64,000 nucleotides of DNA from Candidatus Eiseniibacteriota bacterium (GCA_963823555.1 CAWGMA010000003.1:96001-160000), one strand, 5' to 3'. Shown: positions 30,536 to 40,638, counted from the stretch's first letter. The notes: generated by a model from the sequence alone, not told the origin. Numbers and translations: made by a program.

Positions 30536-32458
30536 TTACTCGCCGCAGGCGCGGCGGATCTCGGCGACCAGCGAATCGAGACGGGCCGCGGTCGCCGCGT
30601 TCGGCGCCTGCGGCCGGGCCGCGGCGAAATGCGGCCCGGCATCGCATGGCCTTCCGCCGCGCATGAGGAAGAGAGCGAGCCCGAGCCGCTCCCGGTATCC
30701 CTCCGGGTTCGCCGCGAGCGCGCGGCGGTACATGGTCTCGGCCGCCATGACCTGCTCCGAGCGCTCGAGGAGCACCGCAGCATTGAGAGCCGGTCCGATC
30801 AGCGTGGGATCCAGCTCGACCGACCGCGTGTACTCGCTCAATGCCTCGGCGAGACGTCCCTCTTCCTCGGCCAGGAAGCCGAGCTCGGCATGCGCCGCCG
30901 CGAATCCCGGCTCGAGGCGCAGCGCTTCCTCGAGCAACGCCCGGGCCTCCTCACGATGGCCACGCTGCCGCTCCACCTGGGCGAGGTTGCTCAGGTATAG
31001 CGCTCGCTCCGGCACGAGCCCGATCGCGGCCCGATACTCGTCCGCAGCCTCATCGAGGAGACCGGCTTCCTCGAGGACGAGCCCGTAGTTGTTGTGGGTG
31101 GTGGCGGGATCGTCCTTGACCACCGCCCCGGTCGCCACGTGGACCACGATGCCGAGCGCGATGCAAAGCGCGAACCCGGCAGCCGCCGCGACGAATCGGC
31201 GGGCACGCACGGCGGTCGCGAGCCACACCGCACCGCTGGCGGCGAGGAGGAGGACGGGAACCACCACGGCGAGCCGGTAACGAGCCAGCACGAAATAGAG
31301 GATGACCCCGAGTGCGTACGTGGCTGCAAACAGCGGCACGATCCCCATGCGGCGCCAGTCCCGCCGTGTCACCCACAACCCGAGTGCGGCCAGCGGCACC
31401 ACGATACCGAAGGAGATGGGCAGGAAGCGAAGGAGCGGGATCTGTTCCCGCGCGAAGTAGTAGTTCGTGTTGTCCCCCTTCTCGTAGGCATGAAGGAACA
31501 GGTAGATCTTGCGAGCGAGCAGCCGCGCATAGGCCAGAGGCTCGCGCCGCACGAAGTCGAGCGCCTGCGCAGACCAGTAGCGCGAGGATTCGGCGAGCGT
31601 GACCTCGCGCCCGAGGATGGCGCTGGCGCGCCGCCGGTAGGATTCGTGCTCGGTGGCCGGCCCCGAATCGACCCATTCCGGCTGGGTGCCATATCCATCG
31701 GCTCCCGGGTGATTGCCCACATAGAAGGCCTCGCCGCCGTGCGCGGTGATCAGCACGAACTGGCGTGACACGGCGAAATTGCGCGCGGTCACCGGAAGAA
31801 TGGCGAGGAGCACACCGAGAAGGAAGACGGCCGCGTGCGCGCCACGCCGGCCGGCCGGCGCGCCGCCGGGGCCGACCACGGCCCAGGTCGCCCCCGCGAG
31901 CGGAGTGAGGCTGGGCCGGGCGAGGACGAAGATGCCGTTGGCGAGGCCGGCGATGAACCAGGAAGCGACCGTCCGGCGATCGTCGGCCCGGACAATGAGG
32001 AAGAGGGTGAGCGCGCAGAGGAACGGGGCCAGTGATTCGATCATCAGGCTCCCCTCGTGAAAGACGAAGGGGGCGTAGAGTGCCGCGCCGATTCCCGCCG
32101 CGAGGCCGACCCGCCGATCGAAGAGCCGGGCCCCGATCACGACCAGCAGCACGGGGAGGAGACTCCCGAGGATGTGCTGGATCAGATGGACCACGAGCAG
32201 GTGACGGCCGATCGCGGCATAGATGACGCCCAGGTAATACGGATAGAGCGGATTGGCATAGAAGACCTCCCGGCCCAGCCACTCGCCGGCGGCGATGCGC
32301 TGGGCCCACAGGTCGTAGAGGCGAGGATCGAGGAGCGGATGCTCGAGGAAGGGGGTTCGCGCCAGCGCGAGGAGATAGAGGAGCCGGACGGCCAGGGCGA
32401 GCAGGAAGATGCTGAAGAGGGTCCGCGCGCTGGCCGTCGATGGCGGGGGGAGATTCAT
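30536..32458 (-). CDS. GT-C fold (GT39/PMT-like) membrane glycosyltransferase with TPR repeats; paralog of 15511-17424
   Basis: LDPRLYDLWA, NPLYPYYLG, ITAHGGEAFYVGN, HAYEKGDN, FVLARYRL, TPR repeats. Confidence 0.85.
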   Translation of the reverse strand: MNLPPPSTASARTLFSIFLLALAVRLLYLLALARTPFLEHPLLDPRLYDLWAQRIAAGEWLGREVFYANPLYPYYLGVIYAAIGRHLLVVHLIQHILGSLLPVLLVVIGARLFDRRVGLAAGIGAALYAPFVFHEGSLMIESLAPFLCALTLFLIVRADDRRTVASWFIAGLANGIFVLARPSLTPLAGATWAVVGPGGAPAGRRGAHAAVFLLGVLLAILPVTARNFAVSRQFVLITAHGGEAFYVGNHPGADGYGTQPEWVDSGPATEHESYRRRASAILGREVTLAESSRYWSAQALDFVRREPLAYARLLARKIYLFLHAYEKGDNTNYYFAREQIPLLRFLPISFGIVVPLAALGLWVTRRDWRRMGIVPLFAATYALGVILYFVLARYRLAVVVPVLLLAASGAVWLATAVRARRFVAAAAGFALCIALGIVVHVATGAVVKDDPATTHNNYGLVLEEAGLLDEAADEYRAAIGLVPERALYLSNLAQVERQRGHREEARALLEEALRLEPGFAAAHAELGFLAEEEGRLAEALSEYTRSVELDPTLIGPALNAAVLLERSEQVMAAETMYRRALAANPEGYRERLGLALFLMRGGRPCDAGPHFAAARPQAPNAATAARLDSLVAEIRRACGE

Positions 32459-33339
32459 GCCGTGGGTTTGGCGGTCAGGAGCTCGATGAGCTTCTGGGTC
32501 GCGATGTTCGGCCTCGCTCCCTTGCGGTGGATGATGGCCAGGGGGCGCTCCCAGACATGCCCGTGCAACGGCCGTTGCACCAGGGTTCCGCAGTCGATCT
32601 CGTGCCCGACGGTGGCTCGCGGCACGATGGAGACCCCGGCTCCGATCTCGACGGCGCGCTTGATCATCTCGACGTTGTCGAACTCGTGCACCATCTGCAC
32701 CTCGACGTTCGCCTGCTCGAGCAGACGATCGACGGCCCGCCGCGTCGGCGTGTGGCTCTCGAACGCGATGAACGGCATCTTGTCGAGACTCCCGATATCG
32801 ATGCTGCGCTTCGCGGCCAGCGGATGATTGGGCGGCGCGATGAGGATGAGCTGGTCATGGCGGAAGGCGATGGTGTGGATCTGGGGATGGCGGACGGGAT
32901 AGGCGACGATGCCGACATCGAGCGTGAAATCGACGACTCCAGCGTAGATGGCCTGGGCTTTCCGGTACTCGAGCTGCAGGCCCACGGCGGGATAGGTCTT
33001 CAAGAAGGTCTTGAGGTATTCCGGGAGCTCGTGGAGTCCGACCGAGGGAATGGTGCCGATGCGCACCTGTCCAGCCACTGTGGCATCGAGCCCGGCAATC
33101 TCCTCGCGGACCCGGGCATAGCGGTCGAGGATCTCCTTGGCGGCACCGAAGAAGACTTGCCCGGCCTCGGTGGGACGCAGGCGACCGCGGCCGCGCAGGA
33201 TGAGCGGCTGTCCCACGGTCTCTTCCAGCTTCTGGATCTTCTGGGAGACCGCCGATTGCGTCAGGTAGTTCTTGAGGGCGGCGCGGGAGAAGCTCCGGAG
33301 CTCGATGACATCCACGAAGACCTGCATGGCGTCGAGCAT
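32455..33339 (-). CDS. LysR family transcriptional regulator
   Basis: SFSRAALKNYLTQSAVSQKIQKLE HTH; divergent from the hdr operon. Confidence 0.95.
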   Translation of the reverse strand: MLDAMQVFVDVIELRSFSRAALKNYLTQSAVSQKIQKLEETVGQPLILRGRGRLRPTEAGQVFFGAAKEILDRYARVREEIAGLDATVAGQVRIGTIPSVGLHELPEYLKTFLKTYPAVGLQLEYRKAQAIYAGVVDFTLDVGIVAYPVRHPQIHTIAFRHDQLILIAPPNHPLAAKRSIDIGSLDKMPFIAFESHTPTRRAVDRLLEQANVEVQMVHEFDNVEMIKRAVEIGAGVSIVPRATVGHEIDCGTLVQRPLHGHVWERPLAIIHRKGARPNIATQKLIELLTAKPTA

Positions 33340-33396
33340 GGTCAGGAACTCCCGACGGCGTCCGTCATCGGATACCGCTCCAGTTCATCTTTCCTT

Positions 33397-33411
33397 ATGC
33401 AAGAAAGTCAT
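33397..33411. promoter_or_regulatory. LysR-type T-N11-A binding box
   Basis: ATG-CAAGAAAGT-CAT palindrome in an AT-rich patch between lysR and the divergent operon. Confidence 0.55.
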
Positions 33412-33624
33412 TCAATTAATTTTACTTCAGTTGCCCGCGGCCGTAACCCTCATTAGGGGAGGTGCGTGACGCGCCGCCTTCCTGGCGGGCGTCACCTGGG
33501 GGATGTGCTGTGAGGGCAGGCGGTCCGGGGCTCGAGAGCCCGGACCGCCATCCCGAGGCTCCAACGCCGTCTCCGGCGCCCGCGCGATGCCTGGGCTCGA
33601 GCCGGCACCAAGGAGGTCCCCGCC

Positions 33625-34158
33625 ATGGCCGAGCACGAGCCCGCAGGACTCACCGCGCTCGAAGCCCTGGGTGTCGCCATTCGGGCCGAAGTCGATGCCC
33701 ACAAGATCTACGAGGAGCTCGCCACGCGGGCCGAGGATCCCCTCGTTCGCCGTCGCTTCGAGCTCCTGGCGGCCGACGAGCAGCAGCACCTCGCTTACCT
33801 CGAGGAACGCTGGCAGGAGGTCGCCGGCACGGTGCCTCTCGAGATCCCCCCTTCCCATCTGCCCAAGGGCATGCAGACCGGCGAGCAGCGGGCCACCAAG
33901 AGCATCGAGGAAGTGATCGACCTCGCCATCGAGGAGGAGCGCACCTCCCGGGAGTTCTACCTGCGCGCGGCGCGCGACACCGACGATCTCTCGGGACGCG
34001 CCATGTTCCGCTTCCTTGCCGACATGGAGTACCAGCACTGGATGACGCTGGCTCAAGAGAAGGATCTTCTCGTGCGCTATCCGAACTACGGGCGGCCCGG
34101 GAAGCTGCCCTGGCGTCTCGAGCCGGGCCTGGGCCACGCTCCGAGAAGGGAGAAGTGA
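33625..34158 (+). CDS. Rubrerythrin-like ferritin-superfamily di-iron protein
   Basis: Two E...ExxH halves (AIRAE...DEQQH; AIEEE...MEYQH); no rubredoxin domain. Confidence 0.85.
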   Translation: MAEHEPAGLTALEALGVAIRAEVDAHKIYEELATRAEDPLVRRRFELLAADEQQHLAYLEERWQEVAGTVPLEIPPSHLPKGMQTGEQRATKSIEEVIDLAIEEERTSREFYLRAARDTDDLSGRAMFRFLADMEYQHWMTLAQEKDLLVRYPNYGRPGKLPWRLEPGLGHAPRREK

Positions 34159-34159
34159 C

Positions 34160-34867
34160 GTGATCACGGCCGACCCGACCAACGGCGCCCCGCCGCGTCC
34201 GGGCGAGCTCTCGGCGCGCGAGAGCGCGCTGCGCGCCGCCTTCCTGTCCCAGGTGGAACGCATCCCTGGGGGCGACCGCCTGCGCCGCTGCATTCAGTGC
34301 GGAACTTGCTCCGGATCCTGCCCCGTGAGCTACGCCATGGATGTCCAACCGCGCCAGATCGTCGCCTACTTCCGCGCCGGAGACATCGAGTCGATCCTGC
34401 GCAGCCGCACGATCTGGATCTGCGCTTCGTGCTACGCGTGCACCGTGCGCTGTCCGTCCGGGATCAAGGTGACCGACCTGATCTACGGCCTCAAGCGCAT
34501 GGCGCTCGAGGGCAACATCCGCATGTCCGGGCTGCCCATCTACGCCCTGTCCGAGGAGTTCGTCAAGCAGGTCAACCGCACCGGGCGCAACGAGGAACTC
34601 GGGCTCGTCATGCGCTACAGCCTCAGGACCAAGCCGCTGAGCCTCCTCGGCATGTTGCCGCTCGGCTGGAGGCTCCTGCGTGCCGGCCGCCTGCCCTGGC
34701 GCACGAAGCGCGTCAAGGGGCTCGACGGGCTCCGGCGCATCATCGCCAAGGCCGAGGAGATGGAGCAGATCTATCCGCGCGAAGAGCGGGCGGCGCTGGG
34801 CTATGTGGGCTATGGCACCGTCGCCGAACGGGCCACCGCCGGCGCCGGAGGAGGGGTGCGGGCATGA
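34160..34867 (+). CDS. hdrC: Heterodisulfide reductase subunit C-like
   Basis: CIQCGTCSGSCP and IWICASCYACTVRCP. Confidence 0.9.
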   Translation: MITADPTNGAPPRPGELSARESALRAAFLSQVERIPGGDRLRRCIQCGTCSGSCPVSYAMDVQPRQIVAYFRAGDIESILRSRTIWICASCYACTVRCPSGIKVTDLIYGLKRMALEGNIRMSGLPIYALSEEFVKQVNRTGRNEELGLVMRYSLRTKPLSLLGMLPLGWRLLRAGRLPWRTKRVKGLDGLRRIIAKAEEMEQIYPREERAALGYVGYGTVAERATAGAGGGVRA

Positions 34868-35739
34868 AGTACACCTATTATCCGGGCTGCAGTCTCGAGG
34901 GCTCGTGCACTCCCTACGATCGTTCGTTGCGCAAGGTGATGGAGCTCCTCGGCCATGAGCTCGTGGAGCTCGAGGACTGGAACTGCTGCGGGGCCACGAT
35001 GTACATGTCGGTCCGCGAGACCGTGGCCCTCTCGGTCTCGGCGCGGAACCTGGCCCTCGCCGAGCAAGTTGGAGCGCCCCTCGTGGCACCCTGCAGTGCC
35101 TGTTACACGACGCTGCTCAAGACCAACCGCTACCTGCGGGAGGTCCCCGGTCTGCGCGCGGAGGTCGATGCGGCCCTCAAGGAAGCTGGCCTCTCCTACA
35201 AGCAGACGGTGAGCGTCCGCCATCCGCTCGACATCATCGTCAACGACATCGGGGCCGGTGCGGTGGCGCGGCGCGCGGTGCGGAACCTCAATGGGCTCAA
35301 GATCGCTCCCTACTACGGTTGCCAGATCGTGCGTCCGGAGCCGGCCTTCGACGATCGCGACTGGCCGACCACGATGGATGACCTGTTCGCCGCGTTGGGC
35401 GGGGAGTGCATCTACTTCCCGGACCGCGTGCGTTGCTGCGGCGGCATGTTGATGACGACCTACCCGGAGGTGGGAGCCGAGCTCACCCACGACATCCTCG
35501 ACTGCGCCATGAGCCACGGCGCCGAGGTGATCGTGACCACCTGTCCGCTCTGTCACATGAATCTCGAGACCATGCAGCTGGGCAAGCAGAAGCGGAACGG
35601 CCACCGGCCGCTTCCGATCCTCTTCTTCACCCAGCTCCTCGGTCTCGCTCTCGGGGCGAGCCCCGAGGAGATGGATCTTCACAAGAGCCTGTTGCCACTC
35701 GGCGAGCGGCTCACGGCCCTAGCAGGAGCCTCACGATGA
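34864..35739 (+). CDS. hdrB: Heterodisulfide reductase subunit B-like
   Basis: Two CCG domains: YYPGCS...WNCCGA...PCSAC; YYGCQ...CCGG...TCPLC. ATGA overlap with hdrC. Confidence 0.92.
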   Translation: MKYTYYPGCSLEGSCTPYDRSLRKVMELLGHELVELEDWNCCGATMYMSVRETVALSVSARNLALAEQVGAPLVAPCSACYTTLLKTNRYLREVPGLRAEVDAALKEAGLSYKQTVSVRHPLDIIVNDIGAGAVARRAVRNLNGLKIAPYYGCQIVRPEPAFDDRDWPTTMDDLFAALGGECIYFPDRVRCCGGMLMTTYPEVGAELTHDILDCAMSHGAEVIVTTCPLCHMNLETMQLGKQKRNGHRPLPILFFTQLLGLALGASPEEMDLHKSLLPLGERLTALAGASR

Positions 35740-38700
35740 AGAACGGCGACGAACGGCGGATCGGATTCTTCATCTGTCACTGCGGCACCAACATCGCGGG
35801 CACGGTGGATGTCGAGACCATCGCCCGGCAGATCGGCGAGCTGCCCGGTGTCGTCGTGGCCCGCGATTACCAGTTCATGTGCTCGCAGCCCGGGCAGGAT
35901 CTCATCGGCCAGGACATCCGGGAGCGGGGGGTGAACCGCGTCGTGGTCGCGGCCTGTTCCCCGCAGATGCACGAGCTCACGTTCCGCGGCGCCTGTGATC
36001 GAGCCGGGCTGAACGCGTTCCTCTTCCACATGGCCAACGTGCGCGAGCATTGCGCCTGGGTGCACAGCGATCGCGCCGCCGCAACACGCAAGGCGCTGGC
36101 TCTGTCCCACGCCGCGGTGCGGCGGGTCGCCCACCAGGAGCCGCTCTTTGCCTCGACCGCCAAGATCAATCCCAACACCATGGTGATCGGCGCCGGCATC
36201 GCGGGCATCCAGGCCGCTCTCGACCTGGCCGAGGCCGGGCACGAGGTCTATCTCGTCGAGCGCGAGTCGACGATCGGCGGGAACATGGCGCGCTTCGACA
36301 AGACGTTCCCCACGCTCGATTGCTCCTCCTGCATCCTGACGCCGAAGATGGTGTCGGTGAGCCATCGCGAGAACATCCACATTCTTACCCAGAGTCAGGT
36401 CGAGGAGGTGGCCGGCTATGCCGGCAACTTCCAGGTGCAGGTGCGGAAGCGCTCGCGCTACGTCACCGACAAGTGCACATCCTGCCAGGAATGCGAGAAG
36501 GTGTGCCCGGTCCGCGTGCCCAATCCTTTCGACCTGGGGCTCAAGACCCGCACCGCCATCCACAAGGCATTCCCCCAGGCGGTGCCCAACACCTATCTGA
36601 TCGAGAAGCAGGAGCGACCGCCGTGCCGCGAGGCCTGCCCCATCGGGCAGGAAGCGGCGGGGTACATCGCTCTCATCGCCGAGCGGCGCTTTGCCGAGGC
36701 GGCGGAGCTCATTCGCATGCGGAACCCGTTGCCCGCGATCTGCGGGCGCGTCTGCTATCACCCCTGCGAGTCCGAGTGCAACCGCGGGTTCGTCGACGAG
36801 CCGGTCTCGATCCAGCACCTGAAGCGCTTCGCGCTCGACTGGCAGCACGAGCACAACGGTCACGGCGAGCTGGAGCCAAAGGGCGGGATCACGGAACACG
36901 ACAAGGTGGCGATCATCGGCAGCGGCCCGGCGGGGCTCGCCTGCGCGCATGACCTGGCCATCCGCGGCTACCGCCCCGTCGTCTTCGAGCAGCATCACGT
37001 CATCGGCGGCATGCTGGCCGTCGGCATCCCGTCGTATCGCCTGCCGCGCGAGAAGCTGGAGGAGGATATCGACTTCATCCGCCAGCTCGGGGTCGAGTTC
37101 CGTCTCGGAGTCACCGTGGGCCGGGATCTGACCCTCGACGAGGTGTGGAACGAGGGTGTGAAGGCCATCTTCATCGCCAGCGGAGCGCATCACGGGATCG
37201 CGCTCGGGATCCCCGGCGAGGATCTGCCGGGTGTCCTCCAGGGCGTGAACTTCCTCCGGCGCTGCGCGCTCGGAATCAAGCAACCTGTGGGCAAGAACGT
37301 GGCGGTGATCGGTGGTGGCAACACCGCCGTCGACGCGGCGCGAACGGTGCTGCGCGAGGGGGCGGAGCGGGTGACGATTCTCTACCGCCGGACCCGCGCC
37401 GAGATGCCGGCGGTCGAGCACGAGATCGTGGATGCGGAAGCCGAGGGTGTGCGCTTCGCGTATCTCACCGCGCCGGTGGAGGCCATCGGCGAGCACGGTC
37501 GGCTGGTCGGCCTGCGCTGCGTGCGCATGGAGCTCGGTGAGCCCGATGCCTCCGGGCGGCGGCGCCCGGTGCCGGTCACCGGCTCGGAGCACGACCTCGC
37601 CTTCGACATGGTGATCGCTGCCGTCGGCCAGCGACCGGATCTCGATTTCGTCGGCCATGGTGACGGTAACGGCAACGGCAAGAAGGCGCCCGAATCGGGG
37701 CTCCACAGGAGCAAGAGCGACACCCTGATCGTGAACCGGGAGACTTTCGCGACCAACGTGCCGGGTATCTTCGCCGGCGGTGATGTGGTCTTCGGGCCGG
37801 CGACGGTGATCGCGGCCATGGGCGCCGGAAAGCGCGCCGCGGAGGCGATCGACAAGCACCTGCGCGGAGAGCCGCTCGCGGATTTCGAGACCCACATGGT
37901 GCCGTCGGAGATCCGCCGGGGGGAGGAGTTCCGGCCCCATCCCTACTCGCAGCCCTACACGCAGATCCCGAAGGAGCCGCGGCAGGCGATGCCGAAGCTC
38001 GACGGCGCGACGCGGGCGCGGGGCTGGGAGGAAGTCGAGCTCGGCTACACCGAGGAGCAAGCCGTGGCGGAGGCCAAGCGCTGTCTCCACTGCGGGGTGT
38101 GCGTCGATTGCTACCAGTGTGTCAAGGCCTGTCAGCCGGGGGCGGTGGACCATGCGCTCCGCGACGAGGTGCTCGATCTCGAGGTCGGGCAGATCCTCGT
38201 CTCGACCGGGTTCAGCCTCTTCGATCCGCGGCGCATGGCGCAATACGGCTATGGCAAGCTCGACAACGTGGTCACGAGCCTCGAGTTCGAGCGCATGCTG
38301 TCGGCCACCGGTCCCACGGGGGGCAAGGTGCTCCTCAAGAACGGGCAGGCGCCGCGCGCCGTCGCCATCGTCCACTGTGTCGGCTCGCGCGACGAGAACT
38401 ACAACCGCTACTGCTCGCGCGTCTGCTGCATGTATGCGCTCAAGTTCGCGCATCTGGTCCACGATCGTACCGACGCCGAGATCTACCAGTTCTACATCGA
38501 CATGCGGGCCTTCGGGAAGGGCTACGAGGAGTTCTTCGGGCGCGTGCTCGAGGAGGGAACCAACGTCATCCGCGGCAAGGTGGCCGAAGTCATCGCCGCG
38601 CCGCATGTGGCGCCGGGCGAGGGCTTTCTCCTGGTGCGCGCCGAGGACACGCTTCTCGGCAAGTTCCGCGAGATCCCGGTCGACATGGTCATCCTCTGCT

Positions 38701-39176
38701 GCGGCCTCGAGCCGGCCACCGGATCGGCCGAGCTCCGGCACCTCCTGCGGCTGAGCCAGAGCCCGGACGGCTTCCTGCTCGAGCGGCATCCGAAGCTCGA
38801 TCCGACCGGGACCGCGAGCGACGGCATCACCATCGCCGGGTGCGCGCAGGGGCCGAAGGACATTCCGGACACGGTGGCCCAGGCCTCGGCTGCCGCATCG
38901 CGCATGCTCGGTTTGATCGCGCGGGGTGAGCTCATGATCGATCCGGTCAAGGCCGAGGTCGATGCCACGCTCTGCGGCGGCTGCCGTACCTGCAACAACC
39001 TCTGCCCGTACAACGCGGTGCACTGGAACGAGGAGAAGAAGGTCGCCGAGGTGGTGGAAGCCCTGTGCAAGGGCTGCGGCACCTGTGTGGCGGCCTGCCC
39101 GGCCGGCGCGATCTCGGGCAAGGGCTTCACCGATGACCAGATCTATGCCGAGATCGAAGGCATCCTGGCGGTATAG
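35736..39176 (+). CDS. hdrA: HdrA with inserted GltD/NfnB-like NAD(P)H oxidoreductase module (HdrL-like), 1146 aa
   Basis: ICHCGTNIAG, AACSPQMHE, GAGIAG, DKTFPTLDC, CVGSRD, YCSRVCCMY, CAQGPKDIPD; insert PPCREACP...CGRVCYHPCE...GSGPAG...GGGNTAVDAAR...YRRTR. Confidence 0.92.
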   Translation: MKNGDERRIGFFICHCGTNIAGTVDVETIARQIGELPGVVVARDYQFMCSQPGQDLIGQDIRERGVNRVVVAACSPQMHELTFRGACDRAGLNAFLFHMANVREHCAWVHSDRAAATRKALALSHAAVRRVAHQEPLFASTAKINPNTMVIGAGIAGIQAALDLAEAGHEVYLVERESTIGGNMARFDKTFPTLDCSSCILTPKMVSVSHRENIHILTQSQVEEVAGYAGNFQVQVRKRSRYVTDKCTSCQECEKVCPVRVPNPFDLGLKTRTAIHKAFPQAVPNTYLIEKQERPPCREACPIGQEAAGYIALIAERRFAEAAELIRMRNPLPAICGRVCYHPCESECNRGFVDEPVSIQHLKRFALDWQHEHNGHGELEPKGGITEHDKVAIIGSGPAGLACAHDLAIRGYRPVVFEQHHVIGGMLAVGIPSYRLPREKLEEDIDFIRQLGVEFRLGVTVGRDLTLDEVWNEGVKAIFIASGAHHGIALGIPGEDLPGVLQGVNFLRRCALGIKQPVGKNVAVIGGGNTAVDAARTVLREGAERVTILYRRTRAEMPAVEHEIVDAEAEGVRFAYLTAPVEAIGEHGRLVGLRCVRMELGEPDASGRRRPVPVTGSEHDLAFDMVIAAVGQRPDLDFVGHGDGNGNGKKAPESGLHRSKSDTLIVNRETFATNVPGIFAGGDVVFGPATVIAAMGAGKRAAEAIDKHLRGEPLADFETHMVPSEIRRGEEFRPHPYSQPYTQIPKEPRQAMPKLDGATRARGWEEVELGYTEEQAVAEAKRCLHCGVCVDCYQCVKACQPGAVDHALRDEVLDLEVGQILVSTGFSLFDPRRMAQYGYGKLDNVVTSLEFERMLSATGPTGGKVLLKNGQAPRAVAIVHCVGSRDENYNRYCSRVCCMYALKFAHLVHDRTDAEIYQFYIDMRAFGKGYEEFFGRVLEEGTNVIRGKVAEVIAAPHVAPGEGFLLVRAEDTLLGKFREIPVDMVILCCGLEPATGSAELRHLLRLSQSPDGFLLERHPKLDPTGTASDGITIAGCAQGPKDIPDTVAQASAAASRMLGLIARGELMIDPVKAEVDATLCGGCRTCNNLCPYNAVHWNEEKKVAEVVEALCKGCGTCVAACPAGAISGKGFTDDQIYAEIEGILAV

Positions 39177-39190
39177 GAGGGAGATGCCCC

Positions 39191-39607
39191 ATGGATAACG
39201 GTGGGTTCGAGCCCAAGATCGTCGGTTTCCTCTGCAACTGGTGCGCCTACTCGGGGGCGGATCTGGCCGGCGTGTCCCGGCTTTCCTCCTCGCCCTCGCT
39301 CCGGGTGATCCGCGTCATGTGCACGGGTCGAATCGACCCCGGATTCGTCTTCAAGGCGCTGGCCGGGGGGGCGGATGCGGTGTTGCTCGCCGGCTGCCAT
39401 CCGGGCGATTGCCATTACCAGGAAGGCAACTTCAAGTGTCTGCGCCGGTTCATGCTGATCAAGAAGATGGTCACCGATTTCGGCATTGATGAGCGGCGGG
39501 TGCGGCTCGAGTGGATCTCCGCTTCCGAGGGTGAGAAATTCGCGCGCGTGAGCAAGGAAATGGAAACAGAGGTCCGCGAGCTGGGTCCGCTCGAGCTCGT
39601 GACGTAA
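39191..39607 (+). CDS. mvhD: Methyl-viologen-reducing hydrogenase delta subunit
   Basis: FLCNWCAYSGAD, RVMCTGR, GCHPGDCHY, WISASEG. Confidence 0.95.
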   Translation: MDNGGFEPKIVGFLCNWCAYSGADLAGVSRLSSSPSLRVIRVMCTGRIDPGFVFKALAGGADAVLLAGCHPGDCHYQEGNFKCLRRFMLIKKMVTDFGIDERRVRLEWISASEGEKFARVSKEMETEVRELGPLELVT

Positions 39608-39612
39608 CGGGG

Positions 39613-40638
39613 GTGCGACCGATGGATAATCCCGACCGGGTCGAGAGCCAGCCGGCGGCGCCGGCCGAAGCGATGCCGAAGCAGAGGCCGAAGCTCGCCC
39701 TCTACTGGGCGGCGAGCTGCGGCGGCTGCGAGATCGCCATCCTCGATCTCCACGAGAAGGTGCTCGAGATCGAACCCAACTTCGAGCTCGTTTTCTGGCC
39801 GGTGGCGATGGATGTCAAGTACGCCGATGTCGAAGCGATGGCGCCGGGGTCGATCGACATCTGTCTGTTCAACGGCGCGATCCGGAACGCGGAGAACGAG
39901 CACCTGGCGAAGGTGCTGCGCGAGAGGGCCAAGGTTCTCGTCGCTTTCGGGTCCTGCGCCCACGAAGGGTGCATCCCGGCGCTCGCCAACACGACGACGA
40001 AGGAGAAGATCCTGCGTTTCGTCTATCACGATTCGCCGTCGACCGATGCGGCGAACGGTGGGGAGCCGAGGACGCGCTTCGATCTTCCCGAAGGCGAGGT
40101 CGAGCTGCCCGAGCTCTACGAATCGGTGAAGGCGCTCGATCAGGTCGTGGACGTGGACTACATCATTCCCGGTTGCCCGCCCCAGGCCCAGCGCATCTGG
40201 GAGGTGCTCGAGCTCATCATCTCCGGCGCGCCGCTGCCGCCGAAGGGCAGCGTGATCGGGGCGGGGCAGGAGACCTGCTGCGAGGAGTGCACGCGCGAGC
40301 GCGAGGAGAAGCGCCTGACCCAGTTCGTGCGCCCGCACCAGGTGCTCGCCGAGGCGGATCGCTGCCTCCTCGACCAGGGCATCATCTGCCTGGGGCCGGC
40401 CACGCGCTCCGGCTGCGGCGCGCTCTGCCCCACGGCGGGCATGCCCTGCCGCGGCTGCTACGGACCGCCGCCGCTTGTCCATGACCAGGGCGCCAAGATG
40501 ATCTCGGCCCTGGCCTCGGTCGTGGACTCGACGGACGAGCTCGAGCTCGAGCAGATCATGGGGCAGATCGCCGATCCCGTGGGCACCTTCTATCGTTTCA
40601 GCATGGCCCACTCGCTCCTGAGGAGGGTTCAGCCATGA
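39613..40638 (+). CDS. mvhG: [NiFe] hydrogenase small subunit (group 3c)
   Basis: AASCGGCE, FGSCA, PGCPP, CLGPATRSGCGALCP...CRGCYG. Confidence 0.9.
   Translation: MRPMDNPDRVESQPAAPAEAMPKQRPKLALYWAASCGGCEIAILDLHEKVLEIEPNFELVFWPVAMDVKYADVEAMAPGSIDICLFNGAIRNAENEHLAKVLRERAKVLVAFGSCAHEGCIPALANTTTKEKILRFVYHDSPSTDAANGGEPRTRFDLPEGEVELPELYESVKALDQVVDVDYIIPGCPPQAQRIWEVLELIISGAPLPPKGSVIGAGQETCCEECTREREEKRLTQFVRPHQVLAEADRCLLDQGIICLGPATRSGCGALCPTAGMPCRGCYGPPPLVHDQGAKMISALASVVDSTDELELEQIMGQIADPVGTFYRFSMAHSLLRRVQP

Noticed and set aside
35679..39023. 1114-aa minus-strand ORF
   Set aside because: Antisense shadow of hdrA.
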